This document shows positions 19,476 through 30,823 of a stretch of DNA of 64,000 bases, in pieces (the first letter of the stretch is position 1; the number at the start of each line of letters is the position of its first letter). Source of the DNA: Candidatus Freyarchaeum deiterrae (lineage in GTDB: Archaea > Asgardarchaeota > Jordiarchaeia > Jordiarchaeales > Jordiarchaeaceae); contig CP147778.1 in NCBI GenBank assembly GCA_037305845.1, positions 2,176,001 through 2,240,000 of the forward strand, given 5' to 3'. The notes beneath the pieces are model-generated. The model had not been told where the DNA came from and ran no database searches. It worked only from the letters and a program-made list of their open reading frames with translations. A program made the translations under genes and the position numbers.

Positions 19476-19528
19476 ATAGAACCCCCTTAAACCATCTTTA
19501 TTTAGCGGTTAACATTATTCCCATACAT

Positions 19529-20137
19529 TCAAGGAATGAATTTTTTTAAAGGGTCGTTTTCAACTATTTCTTTTAATTCTCTTATTCTTAACCCCTTCAA
19601 CTCATCACAAAATATTTCACACTTTTCTTTAACATTAATATCTTCTAATGGGCGTACCACAATTTCAACCTCGTAGTCTTGTGGTGTTTTAACAAAAATG
19701 TGTAGATACGATTTTCTATCGGTACCTACGGTTTTAATTGCTCTTTCTTGCCTGATTAGCTTATATTTACTCTGATTTATTGTTTTTATCACTTCTGTTT
19801 CATCATCACAGTAAACTCTCAAGTCGATGTCGCTTCCTCTGTGCGCTGTTCCTCTCCACACCGAGCCCACTAGTACAGGGCTAAATCTTTTGAGAACCTT
19901 CATGATTTCTAAGGCTTCTTTTCGCATGTTCTTAAGTTGCTCCACCTTTTGTTGTCCCTCTAGTAAATCAGATAGCTGATCTAATTCATAGGCAATTTCT
20001 CTATTCGAAGGGAGCACCTTTACCCCTAGAGATTTTGCCGCCTCACGTTTGGCTGTATAATACTCACCTGAAAACCCGTAATAAAGAAGACGGGCGGCTT
20101 CCTTTGCTACCTGACTTTTCTTATCCAGATTGACCAC
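19529..20137 (-). CDS. Pol-beta-like nucleotidyltransferase domain protein
   Basis: GSVWRG...SDIDL. Confidence 0.8.
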   Translation of the reverse strand: MVNLDKKSQVAKEAARLLYYGFSGEYYTAKREAAKSLGVKVLPSNREIAYELDQLSDLLEGQQKVEQLKNMRKEALEIMKVLKRFSPVLVGSVWRGTAHRGSDIDLRVYCDDETEVIKTINQSKYKLIRQERAIKTVGTDRKSYLHIFVKTPQDYEVEIVVRPLEDINVKEKCEIFCDELKGLRIRELKEIVENDPLKKFIP

Positions 20138-20298
20138 CTAGAAACTTGTAATTTCTAATAATCAGTCCCTGTTCTAAAAAACGCTTAAACTATTTAGATT
20201 CTAATCAAAAATCTGCATATCCACTTTTTGGTAGATTTAGTAACCAATATCTGTCCTCTGAGCATTTAAAAAAAAATGGGAGAATTGCTAATTATATT

Positions 20299-21303
20299 TT
20301 AGCATTTCCTTATATGATCTCTGAAGTAAAACCCACCGTTTGCGAGTATAAATGCACTCGCAACCACTGTCGCAAGGATTGCGATTATTAAGAACAGTAC
20401 CTGATACAGTGACCAGAACAAAAATACCTGATTTAGTAAAGCAACACCGTATACCATACCTGCTATACCGACAAACAAGTTCCTAGCGTTCTCCTTTTTA
20501 CTAGCAGCCATGATTTTAAAAATTAGCCCTACGCCAACTAACAGAAGCGCAGTTCCTTCTATATCGGGATTTCCCATAAACAGAGACGAAGGAAGCAACT
20601 GTAAAGTTGAGAACTGTCTAACAGTTGAGATGATTAGGGATCCCTTGTTCCAATCAACAATAGCAAGAATCCAGACAAAAATGGCGCCTCCAATAAAAAC
20701 TACTTCTTTGAGATCCTCCTGAACACTTGGGAATATCCAATTTACAAGAGTCAAGAAAACCAATATTATGACGGCAACTAATAGGAAATACGGCCATAAT
20801 CCCATGCTTAAAGTAAATGGTAACCCTATTATAGTCAATTGGAAATTCACTTGGTCATATACGTAAATATCGGCCAATTGTATCCACGCGATAGAATATA
20901 GAGTCATATATGCTGCTCCAGTGAGAAATCCGGCAAGCATAACAATTCTCTGCAATCCCGCCCTTACGCTTTGGAAATAGAATAAAACGCCGTATGTCAC
21001 TATCAATCCGCCACCGGCCATTAAGCAAATAATACCAATACGAGAAATTAGAATCGGACCAAGCATTGAATTAACTATGAGAAAGCCAAATAAGTTTAAG
21101 TAATTTCTAAACAGAAACCAGTACTGAATTGCATCACTTTGAATGAAGTAAGCTACACAATTAAGTATAACCATAATGCCTACTACTATCATGGTTATGG
21201 GCACCAGTCTACCAGAGAACTCCTCAAACCCTGTAGATACTACAATGCGACGTTTGGGTTTTTTTTGAGTTGGTTTAACAGTCTTCACGCTCTTTGCAGT
21301 CAT
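20299..21303 (-). CDS. Polytopic membrane protein of unknown function
   Basis: About 9 hydrophobic helices. Confidence 0.65.
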   Translation of the reverse strand: MTAKSVKTVKPTQKKPKRRIVVSTGFEEFSGRLVPITMIVVGIMVILNCVAYFIQSDAIQYWFLFRNYLNLFGFLIVNSMLGPILISRIGIICLMAGGGLIVTYGVLFYFQSVRAGLQRIVMLAGFLTGAAYMTLYSIAWIQLADIYVYDQVNFQLTIIGLPFTLSMGLWPYFLLVAVIILVFLTLVNWIFPSVQEDLKEVVFIGGAIFVWILAIVDWNKGSLIISTVRQFSTLQLLPSSLFMGNPDIEGTALLLVGVGLIFKIMAASKKENARNLFVGIAGMVYGVALLNQVFLFWSLYQVLFLIIAILATVVASAFILANGGFYFRDHIRKC

Positions 21304-21808
21304 TTTTAAGACACTCCATTCCTTTTACTTTTTCATATTATTAGAACTTTTGTAATTAAAAATTTTTTTATATTTTAAAAAAATAACTACAATAACTCTG
21401 TACTTTAAAGGTTATTTGCTTTTAAAAGTATCTCTAATAATTAGATATTACAAAAAATAAACTATTTATGGATTCCAGTGCGGGGAGCAATCTTGCAGAT
21501 TTCAAGCCAGAAGATTCTAGTAGTATATTGAGAGGTATCTGCGCACTGTTTGAATTTTTTTAAAAAAAGGGCAAAAATATGGATTGCTTGATGGTTGAAA
21601 AAGGCTAATGTACGGGTAAAATTAAATTAAAAAGCAAAATGAGGAATTATTAGGGAAGGCAGTCTGGGCCACACCTAATAATTAATCACTTTAACTATAT
21701 TTTGTTAGGCACTGCGGGTATTACTTTTATGCGGCTTTCTATTTTTGGGAGGATGTTTAATTTTTGAATGCCCCAAATACTCTTATCTCCCCGATTACAA
21801 TTTTTGTT

Positions 21809-22123
21809 TTAAGTAAGTCTGTATTTGTTTTGTCTTAGATCCATCAGATTCGGTACCTTTTCTATGACATTGCTTTCGAGCAAAGTTTTCAGAGCGTACC
21901 GGACAGTCCTAGGCGCGAAGTTTGTTTTTTGAAAGATATCTTTGGGGGTAAGGGCACCATCTTTTCTCAAAATTTCCACTACCACTAATGCTGATTGGGG
22001 TAGATGACCGATTTTATCCTCTCCATTCTGGGGTAGTTGAACAATTTTACCTTCTCCATTCTCCACAAGTTCAGTTTCCTCAACCTTTCCCACAAAAATT
22101 TCAGCTACCGAAGTCATAGCCAT
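21809..22123 (-). CDS. Winged-helix DNA-binding protein
   Basis: LPQSA...LTPKDI...PRTVRYAL...DLRQNKY. Confidence 0.8.
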   Translation of the reverse strand: MAMTSVAEIFVGKVEETELVENGEGKIVQLPQNGEDKIGHLPQSALVVVEILRKDGALTPKDIFQKTNFAPRTVRYALKTLLESNVIEKVPNLMDLRQNKYRLT

Positions 22124-22607
22124 TTTTCCTCCTTTTCTTTATTTTTAGTATAAGCTTTTATTTAGTCTTATTAAAAGATTTTACATAAAAAGGATATGTC
22201 CTTATGTTCACTTTATGTTCACATAAAAAACATAAAAATCGGAGAAATAAAAAGCACCACATAAATTTTTTACATTGAAAAGAAAAATAAAATCGATTTT
22301 ATGCACAAAAACTATTTTCAAATAAAACACAAGGGCTAATTAAAGCTCAAATAACCGTTGAAACTGATTTCTGACCTATCAAACTAGCTATAACACTAAT
22401 CAGCAAATGTCCTCTCGAAGATCTGAAAAATTCATTCAAAGCCTCTGTTTTTATAAATCATCACTAAAAGGGCGTTATCAGATTTTGTTTTTAAAGAGTA
22501 TACAGGGCTTAGTAAAATAAAAGTTCGGAAATGTTTATGCACACGATAAGTTTTAAAGGGAAAGCATAAATTGCTTATCATGCTATGAATATTTTGAGAG
22601 TGATACT

Positions 22608-23282
22608 TTGAGTCGAAAAACAGATAAAACGCGGGCAAGGGACTCCTGGCGCGAGAAGCAATGGTACACCATAATTGCTCCTCCGTATTTTGGCAATATC
22701 GATGCAGGAGAAACTCTAACAGATGACCCCGATAAATTGGTTGGCCGAGTTATAGAAACCACGCTTTATGATGTCACTGGGGACTTCTCTCTTATTCATG
22801 TTAAAATATTCTTAAAGGTAATTGAAGTCAAGGGAGACAAAGCCTACACAGAGTTTAAGGGTCACGACCTGACCAGGGATTACTTGAGAAGCTTGGTGCG
22901 CAGAGGAAGCAGCAGAGTTGATGGAATTTTTGATATAGGAACCAAAGACGGTAGGATTCTACGCATTTCCGCGGTGGCTTTCACCAACAGTCGTGCCAAA
23001 ACCAGTCAGGAAAAGGTTATGCGCAAAATAATGCGCGATATTATTTTAGATAAGGCTGAGCAACTCAGTTATGGTGAGTTTGTGCAAGAGGCTGTTTTGG
23101 GTAAAATTGCCTCCGAGATTTATAATAAGGCAAAGAAGATAACTCCTCTAAGAAAATGTGAAGTAAGAAAATCCAAATTATTGTCTAAATCTAAGATGAA
23201 GGAAAAAGTAAAGAGCAGAAGTGCCGCAGAGAGAAAAGCGGCGGAAGTAACTAAAGAAGAAGAGGAGGAAGCAGCTGCCTAA
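22608..23282 (+). CDS. rps3ae: Ribosomal protein eS1 (S3Ae)
   Basis: KQWYTIIAP, GRVIETTL, DYLRSLVRR. Confidence 0.95.
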   Translation: MSRKTDKTRARDSWREKQWYTIIAPPYFGNIDAGETLTDDPDKLVGRVIETTLYDVTGDFSLIHVKIFLKVIEVKGDKAYTEFKGHDLTRDYLRSLVRRGSSRVDGIFDIGTKDGRILRISAVAFTNSRAKTSQEKVMRKIMRDIILDKAEQLSYGEFVQEAVLGKIASEIYNKAKKITPLRKCEVRKSKLLSKSKMKEKVKSRSAAERKAAEVTKEEEEEAAA

Positions 23283-23342
23283 AATTAGATTCCAAATTTA
23301 TACTCACTTTTTTTAAAATTTTGTAGGAAGTGTTTCATAGAA

Positions 23343-23477
23343 ATGTCTGAAAAGTGTATTAGGTGTGGTTCAACGGAAGTAGAAACTGTATTAAAACAAC
23401 CTTCGCCAAAGGGCTTTAAATACACCTACAAGTGTTCAAAGTGCCAGCAAACTTGGTCCAAAGAAAAAAAGCACTAA
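23343..23477 (+). CDS. 44-aa zinc-ribbon microprotein
   Basis: MSEKCIRCGSTEV...YKCSKCQQTWSKEKKH; two CxxC pairs; not in ORF track. Confidence 0.7.
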   Translation: MSEKCIRCGSTEVETVLKQPSPKGFKYTYKCSKCQQTWSKEKKH

Positions 23478-23483
23478 ACTCTT

Positions 23484-23741
23484 TCATACATCTTCTTGCT
23501 TGCTTTCCCTAATAGGGATTAAACTCTCGGTTAAGCATAGGCTTTCAAGTATATCATCTACGGTTGAAATTAGTGTTTCGGGCTTACAAATGCATTCCAC
23601 AATTATGTTGGCTTTCCTTCCCTTAGCAGACATATCTATTGAAATCCCTTTGGGTAACGGCTTATTATCTGGTATTAGTGATTTGGTCACGATTTCCGCT
23701 TGCTTCTGGTTCTGGTATTCAATGCTAATTTTCGCTTTCAT
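23484..23741 (-). CDS. pcc1: KEOPS subunit Pcc1
   Basis: SLIPDN...TLISTVDDIL; conserved position after rps15 and the DHH gene. Confidence 0.8.
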   Translation of the reverse strand: MKAKISIEYQNQKQAEIVTKSLIPDNKPLPKGISIDMSAKGRKANIIVECICKPETLISTVDDILESLCLTESLIPIRESKQEDV

Positions 23742-25185
23742 TTGAAGCACTTTTTCCACCAAGCTGGCTTTTAATTATTTTATTTAAAACCTCTAAGAGT
23801 TTAGATTCTGCTCCTATAGGTATATGCGCACCAGCAGCGATATTGTGGCCACCTGCGGTAGCTTCTGAAGATACCTCCTTTACGGCTACTCTAAGAGCGG
23901 CCCCCAGATCTATTCCCTGTTGTACTTGGTAATCGGTGGCTCTTGCGGAAACTTTTACCGTACCGTCTCCGGATTCTGCGAAAGCGAATACCGGTTTATC
24001 TTGTGGAATTATTCCTGAAGATATCGCTATAGATGCTATTGTTCCTATTATTCGGTCGTCTATGGTCTTACCTCCATGGAAGCTTTGGAGGTACTCTGCC
24101 TGAGTTACTGTTCCCGGTTTCGTTAGCCAGCCCATATACCCTGCTAGTTTTTCGCGGTAATCCGTGGTAACGCTCTCCACTTCTTCCAATGCTTCTAATC
24201 TGCCACCGAGGCATATGGCTACTCCTAGACCCGGTTTCCTCATGCGTCCACACGCGTTTAGTAGAGATGAGTATTCTCTGGCATCTCGAAGTGGGGTTTG
24301 TTTTTCTTCTTTGGGCAGGATATATATGACACCCACTATACTCTGTGCTTCTTCGGGGGTCATTTCTCCTGGCCCGAGCATGTATTGGATAAGTTCAGAA
24401 ACCAATGTTGTTTTCTCGTCTTGTGAGAGATCTGATATTGTTCTCCAATTACCATTGGTTTTTAACGGTATTTTGACATTCTCTGTTAGAAACTTAAGGC
24501 ATGCTCCATGATTTCCTGATAATCCGGGTATAAAGGGATCTGTAGTATATTCCAGTGCCATTGCTATGGGACGCGTTTCTCTTCCAAAAAGGCGAATGCC
24601 TGTGGTTTCCTCAAGTATCCCCCTATTTACTCCGTCTTTCACTATCTCGGAGTTTGTCTCGCTTAAACGATGTTGTTCTCCCTTATCCTGTCTATCTCCG
24701 AGTGCGCCCACGACTGCAAGTGGTGCAAAATCTATGTTTGACTCATTTATATTCTTCGCCACCAGATAGGCTACTCCTGAACCGCTTATTTCTGTAGCTC
24801 CATCAATACCGCATAAGTGAGGATTTGCTTGAAGAATTGTGGTTTCTTTTTCTGGAGGGTGATGATCTATTATCAAAACCATATCTGGTGGGAGATTTTT
24901 TTCTATAATTTCTAATTGCCCGCTTCCCAAGTCTGTAAAAATGAATATACTCTCTTTTGACTCTTTGATTTCACGGAGGTTTTCTTCTCTAAGTTGTTGA
25001 ATTATTCTTAGATGGAAATGCGCTTTAAGTCTAGAAAACAAAGAAGAAATTATGCTCGCGGCAGCTATGCCGTCCGCATCAAGATGCGACATTACGCGAA
25101 AAAATAGGCCTTTTTCACAAGCTTCTAGTATTCTCTCAGAAACTTTCTTACTGTTTTCATTCAGTTCTAGAAATTTTTTGCTCAA
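23725..25185 (-). CDS. RecJ/GAN/Cdc45-like DHH family nuclease
   Basis: HLDADG, DLGSG, DHH, GGHNIAAG. Confidence 0.9.
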   Translation of the reverse strand: MSKKFLELNENSKKVSERILEACEKGLFFRVMSHLDADGIAAASIISSLFSRLKAHFHLRIIQQLREENLREIKESKESIFIFTDLGSGQLEIIEKNLPPDMVLIIDHHPPEKETTILQANPHLCGIDGATEISGSGVAYLVAKNINESNIDFAPLAVVGALGDRQDKGEQHRLSETNSEIVKDGVNRGILEETTGIRLFGRETRPIAMALEYTTDPFIPGLSGNHGACLKFLTENVKIPLKTNGNWRTISDLSQDEKTTLVSELIQYMLGPGEMTPEEAQSIVGVIYILPKEEKQTPLRDAREYSSLLNACGRMRKPGLGVAICLGGRLEALEEVESVTTDYREKLAGYMGWLTKPGTVTQAEYLQSFHGGKTIDDRIIGTIASIAISSGIIPQDKPVFAFAESGDGTVKVSARATDYQVQQGIDLGAALRVAVKEVSSEATAGGHNIAAGAHIPIGAESKLLEVLNKIIKSQLGGKSASNESEN

Positions 25186-25207
25186 AATTTATCTATCCTG
25201 TGCCTGT

Positions 25208-25663
25208 TTACCGAAGGAGAGTAGCCGCTCTTTCTGGCGAGTATTTCCAATCTGCTGGTAAGATTCCACGCCGCTTGTAATACTTTGATATTCTGTTAAT
25301 TTTTACTTCGGTATCTTGTAATCCTCTTCTTGAATGCAGATCTTTGGGGTTTTCTTCTAAATGTTTTCTCATTAAAACTGCCTTTTTTATAAGGTTCCTT
25401 ATTTCCTCAGGCATTGAGGGAGCTAATCCATTTTCAGCCATTACTTGGGTAATCGATTTGCCGAGAACCGCTTTTACTAACGGTACTCCATATTGGTCTC
25501 TCAGAATTAACCCTATCATGGATGATGGTTGTCCCGCTTTTCCAAGTTCAATTATCTTATCCGTTACCCATTCTGGGGTGCGTTCAAACCATTCTGCTGG
25601 TTTTAGCACCGGGGGTCTTGTGGATCCTGATTTTCCTTTTGCTCCTGAATGCATTCTAGCCAT
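25208..25663 (-). CDS. rps15: Ribosomal protein uS15
   Basis: MARMHS...GKSGSTRP, IGLILRDQYGVP. Confidence 0.96.
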   Translation of the reverse strand: MARMHSGAKGKSGSTRPPVLKPAEWFERTPEWVTDKIIELGKAGQPSSMIGLILRDQYGVPLVKAVLGKSITQVMAENGLAPSMPEEIRNLIKKAVLMRKHLEENPKDLHSRRGLQDTEVKINRISKYYKRRGILPADWKYSPERAATLLR

Positions 25664-25723
25664 TATTAATCCTCTCTTTTAAACATAAATAATGTTTCGT
25701 AGGAATAGAGAAAGAAATCCCCT

Positions 25724-26308
25724 TTAAATAAATTTCGAAGAATCTGTACTTTTAACCCATTCTACGAATTTCCTTAGGGCTCTTGTTCTGTGTGAGATGG
25801 CTGCTTTTTCGGATATATCCATTTCTCCAAATGTTCTCCCGTCTCCTTCTTCAGGAATAAATATTGGGTCGAATCCAAACCCATGTTTTCCCCGAATCTC
25901 TCTACTTATTTCTCCCTTAATTTCGCCTTTGAATGTTAATGTTTTTTTACCGTTACAAAAGGCTATTACCGCCTTGAAGTAAGCGGTTCTATCCTCTACT
26001 TGCGACATTAATTTCAATATTCCCTCGTTTGAGATCGTTTTGGAAACATATGAGGAGTAGGGTCCTGGAAACCCTTTCAGTTCTTTTATGAAGAGGCCAG
26101 CATCTTCCACGAATAAGGGCTTCTCTTGGTCTTCCCATGTTTTCTGGGCGCTGAAAACTGCTATCTCCTCCACGTCATCTGCTTGGATTTCCATAAGTTT
26201 TACTGGTAAGTGCAAAAGAGGTATATTCTCCTCCTTAAAAATTCTTTCCGCTTCTTCTACCTTCATAATGTTACCAGTTGCGAAAAATACAGTTACACGT
26301 TTACTCAT
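25724..26308 (-). CDS. rdgB: XTP/dITP diphosphatase (RdgB/HAM1)
   Basis: ATGN, EDAGL, GFPGPYS, GFGFDPIF, SHR. Confidence 0.93.
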   Translation of the reverse strand: MSKRVTVFFATGNIMKVEEAERIFKEENIPLLHLPVKLMEIQADDVEEIAVFSAQKTWEDQEKPLFVEDAGLFIKELKGFPGPYSSYVSKTISNEGILKLMSQVEDRTAYFKAVIAFCNGKKTLTFKGEIKGEISREIRGKHGFGFDPIFIPEEGDGRTFGEMDISEKAAISHRTRALRKFVEWVKSTDSSKFI

Positions 26309-26333
26309 GTGTACACTTCCCGTAACTTTTTCT

Positions 26334-26960
26334 TTATCTTTCTTTGTGGTATCTTCCTCTTTTTTCAATTTCATTCATTCTTTCGATGACATCCTCTGAT
26401 TTATTCATTGTTGTTTTATACCCCTCGAGAACCGCTTTGAAGCCAAGTTCTGCATAAGCGTAATGGGTGCTTTGAAGAGCTCTGTTCATAAGGTGGAGGT
26501 CGACTCCCTGATCTTCTATTTCGATGGAGTAATCCCCTAGCCCGAAATCAATGAAGTATATACTACTAGAATTTTGGAGTATCATATTTGATGTAGTAAG
26601 ATCCCCGTGTATGATTCCGGCGTTGTGCAGTCGCCCAATTAAGATTCCGATATGGATAAAAAGACTATTTTTTTCCTGCTCACTCATATTTTGGATAACT
26701 GTCTTAATTGGGAATCCTTGGATAAAATCCATTATGATTGTGTTTTCGGCAAGATCAATAGAATAAATCATAGGTGTTGGTACACCTGCTTTTCTAGCAT
26801 CTGAAAGTAAACGAGCCTCTTTAACGGTGCGATCCTTTCTCAGTCTTTCATCGAGTTCCGGAACTCTATATGGTTTAGACACTCTCCTCTTTATAATCAC
26901 TTTTCTGTCGTACCAGTCTTCTAGGTACAGATATGCTTCAGCGCCCTTTTTGTAAAGCAT
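26334..26960 (-). CDS. bud32: KEOPS kinase Bud32
   Basis: KGAEA, HGDLTTSN, IDFGL, RGRY. Confidence 0.95.
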   Translation of the reverse strand: MLYKKGAEAYLYLEDWYDRKVIIKRRVSKPYRVPELDERLRKDRTVKEARLLSDARKAGVPTPMIYSIDLAENTIIMDFIQGFPIKTVIQNMSEQEKNSLFIHIGILIGRLHNAGIIHGDLTTSNMILQNSSSIYFIDFGLGDYSIEIEDQGVDLHLMNRALQSTHYAYAELGFKAVLEGYKTTMNKSEDVIERMNEIEKRGRYHKER

Positions 26961-28011
<1,051 letters not shown>

Positions 28012-28185
28012 AATCTATCCCTAACCTAAAAATCGAGTTGGGTTGACTATTTTTAAAAAAATTAAACAAATAGCCAGACTAGATACCTCGAAGCCTTTTC
28101 TCTATTTTACCCTTTGGGAAGGCTTCTATAATAAAGTGTTAACAGGTTCTTTGAAAGTCAGGAGCGCTATTACTAGTCACCTTAA

Positions 28186-28365
28186 TTAAGAACCCTCTTT
28201 TTCTTCTTCTTTGGGTTCCTTCTTTTTGAATTCCGTATAACCGCACTTTCCGCAAGACAGTCGATCGTAATGCGCGGCCATGAAATAACCTGCTCCACAT
28301 CTCGGGCATTGAACCTTCAATCTTTCAATCTTGTTTCCTGCTATCTTATAGTATTTACCATTCAA
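28186..28365 (-). CDS. rps27ae: Ribosomal protein eS31 (S27ae)
   Basis: MNGKYYKI...[27 protein letters not shown]; GGAGG then TTG; not in ORF track. Confidence 0.93.
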   Translation of the reverse strand: MNGKYYKIAGNKIERLKVQCPRCGAGYFMAAHYDRLSCGKCGYTEFKKKEPKEEEKEGS

Positions 28366-28384
28366 TCAGAATACCTCCAATTTG

Positions 28385-28756
28385 TTATTTTTTTTCTGGT
28401 TTTTCTTTGGGTTCTGCTTTCTTTTCTTTTTCTGGTTTTTCTTTGGGTTCTGCTTTCTTTCCCTTCTCGGTTTCTGGTTCTCCTAGGTTTCTCTTAACGA
28501 TGTATTTTGGTTCTACTAGAAGAGCTCTTTCTGAAGATTTGTATATGTTTGCAGTGCCTTTTGATTTGGATGCGCCGTACTCTGTTTCGATTTTTTTAAT
28601 GAACAGTTTTTGTGTATCAACGTTTAGGAGGGCTGCTAACTTGTTTTTTATTTCTTCTCTTGAGGGGGTTCCTTTTAAGTCGTGGTTAACTGTAAATGTT
28701 ATTTCTTCTCGTTCTAGTAATTGGTTTTCCTTTTTTGAGTTTATACTTACTTCCAT
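28385..28756 (-). CDS. rps24e: Ribosomal protein eS24
   Basis: NQLLEREE, TPSREE, TEYG; tail has a duplicated KKAEPKEKPEK. Confidence 0.93.
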   Translation of the reverse strand: MEVSINSKKENQLLEREEITFTVNHDLKGTPSREEIKNKLAALLNVDTQKLFIKKIETEYGASKSKGTANIYKSSERALLVEPKYIVKRNLGEPETEKGKKAEPKEKPEKEKKAEPKEKPEKK

Positions 28757-29283
28757 TAGATGGCCTCCATCTGATTTAGGATTTCTTTTACTTCTTTTCT
28801 TTTATTATCGTTAACTTCGACTACAACCAGCCCTTGCTTGGGCTGACCGTAAACTACAAAGGATTTGTCTGGGGCAAGGAGAATTGCTGGAATGGTGAGT
28901 AAATCTTCTTCTCCTTCTATGAAGAGTTCTATGGGAACCTCTGAGTCGTAGGCTTTTTTTAATGTGTTCCAAATGCCTGCGCTGATCATTGCTGCTGGGT
29001 TTTGAGCCTTCATCTGGACACTGTTCGGCACATTCACATTTTCATTTACGCTTCTCAATGTTTTCCCATCAATTATGCATATGTCGGGAATTAACCCTAC
29101 GTCTATTAGGCTTCTGGTTACTACGTCTCCTACGGCTACAAGTTTGGGCGGCATTTCTTTCAGTATCATATCCTTAGCTTTGAGTGTAGTTTCCGGATGT
29201 CTGCCTCTTAAGAGGGTGCCGAATGGCTGTTTAAGTCTTTCTCTGAGCTTGGCGGGAAGAACAAGGTCTCCTAATGCTTCCAA
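28756..29283 (-). CDS. GTP-dependent dephospho-CoA kinase (DUF359)
   Basis: VGDVVT, DGKTLR, GEEDL, YGQP. Confidence 0.9.
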   Translation of the reverse strand: MEALGDLVLPAKLRERLKQPFGTLLRGRHPETTLKAKDMILKEMPPKLVAVGDVVTRSLIDVGLIPDICIIDGKTLRSVNENVNVPNSVQMKAQNPAAMISAGIWNTLKKAYDSEVPIELFIEGEEDLLTIPAILLAPDKSFVVYGQPKQGLVVVEVNDNKRKEVKEILNQMEAI

Positions 29284-29293
29284 TGGTTGAACC

Positions 29294-29479
29294 TCACCGG
29301 ACTTTTAGTGCATATTTTCCTTTGTTTTTTATTTTTAGCTTTTCAGCTATTTGGGAGTTTTCAGGATCAAAAATTATAACTACTCCGCTGTAATCGCTAG
29401 ATAGTGAGGAAGTTTTACAGTAAGGGCACGTCTGCCCTGTAAATATGAGATGACAATTTTTGCAGGCTTTTTCTTTCAT
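29294..29479 (-). CDS. spt4: Transcription elongation factor Spt4
   Basis: ACKNC...CPYC...SQIAEKL...GKYALKVR. Confidence 0.95.
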   Translation of the reverse strand: MKEKACKNCHLIFTGQTCPYCKTSSLSSDYSGVVIIFDPENSQIAEKLKIKNKGKYALKVR

Positions 29480-29481
29480 TT

Positions 29482-30144
29482 TTAAGAACCTTCAGCTATC
29501 GCTTGTTCTTTGGATTTAGCTTTTTTCTCTTTTTTTGCCCTTTTTGCTGCAGGCTTCGCTTCTTTGGCTTCTTTTCCCTCTTCTTTAACTTCTTCTTTAA
29601 GACCATGAATTTCTTCTTCTATCCACTCAATCTTTCCTAGGAAAGGTTGGCGCATTGTTAATCCCAATTTTCCGCTTCTTATACCCCCTCCTATGGAAAC
29701 CGCAACAATTCTGGCTCTCACCTTATCATTTTCTTGTATTATGCGTCCGCTTTCCTTTCCTATTAGGGCGGATCTTTTTTGGTCGTAAGATATGAAGTCG
29801 TCTGTGATTTGGCTTACGTGGCACAGTCCGTCAAGAGGGCCTAATCTGATAAATGCACCAAAATCTACTACTTCAACAACTTCTCCCTCAACTATTTCAT
29901 GTTGTAAGGGTTTGAATATAAGCACGCTAAAAAGTACTTTGTGGAAAGCCGCCCCATCTCCCGGGAGCAGTTTACCCACCTTCACGTCCTCTACATCTAC
30001 TACGCATATTACAACACCAAGATCCGGGTCAATGATTCCCTCGTATTCCTTCATTAGAATTTCCAGAGCCACTTTTTTTATTGGTTCACCGAATCTTTGT
30101 GGCGGTATGCGTACAGTGTCATCAAGTGTGATTATCTCGTACAT
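29482..30144 (-). CDS. rpoE: RNA polymerase subunit Rpo7 (E')
   Basis: VRIPP, GPLDGLCHVSQI, LTMRQPFLGK. Confidence 0.95.
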   Translation of the reverse strand: MYEIITLDDTVRIPPQRFGEPIKKVALEILMKEYEGIIDPDLGVVICVVDVEDVKVGKLLPGDGAAFHKVLFSVLIFKPLQHEIVEGEVVEVVDFGAFIRLGPLDGLCHVSQITDDFISYDQKRSALIGKESGRIIQENDKVRARIVAVSIGGGIRSGKLGLTMRQPFLGKIEWIEEEIHGLKEEVKEEGKEAKEAKPAAKRAKKEKKAKSKEQAIAEGS

Positions 30145-30385
30145 CTTTCTATTCACCTAGATAATAGTGAAAATTTTTATGAACATTATTCATAGGAAGC
30201 TCCTTCTATGAGGTCTTCCCCACTAAATTTCGGGTTACGTTTTTTACAAGCTTAAAAGCGTTTTTAAGGGTAACGCTATTTAATTTGAAGTAATTTTAAC
30301 CTGCTTTTATTATAACAAGGTATTTTCCTCTTCCACGTTCTCCTTCTTTTTTTCTAAAATCTTGCAATCCCGCAATAATATTTCT

Positions 30386-30823
30386 TCAAGGCTTAAAGTA
30401 GCCTTCCATTTGTAAATGCGATTTTTGCCGAACATATATTGTTGGTATTCCTTCTGATTTAAGTTTTCTTCGTAGATTCTGGTCGTTAGTGGCTACAGCG
30501 CAGCCTTCCTTTTTCGAAAACTTAACTATTAAGTCATCCATATTTCCATTTTCGGGTACTACATCTACGATCTTGTACCTTTGGGCTAGTTCTAGAGCTA
30601 GTTTTGCAGCTTTTCTTACTTTCAGACTCGGATTTTTCACTAATCGTTTTAGCTCCTCGATTGTTCCTTTAAGAATTATTATCTCAAATTTTTGGTTGAT
30701 TATCCTGTCCAAATCAGAGATTACGTCTAGTCCCAGATTGAATGGGGTCATGAGAAAATTTGTGTCCAAAACTACCCTCAAAACCGGGCCTAGGTTATCA
30801 GTCCCCATCCAATCAATCTCCAA
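30386..30823 (-). CDS. PIN-domain ribonuclease (Fcf1/Utp24-like)
   Basis: VLDTNFL, DD, VATND; real start probably downstream of 30823. Confidence 0.88.
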   Translation of the reverse strand: MEIDWMGTDNLGPVLRVVLDTNFLMTPFNLGLDVISDLDRIINQKFEIIILKGTIEELKRLVKNPSLKVRKAAKLALELAQRYKIVDVVPENGNMDDLIVKFSKKEGCAVATNDQNLRRKLKSEGIPTIYVRQKSHLQMEGYFKP

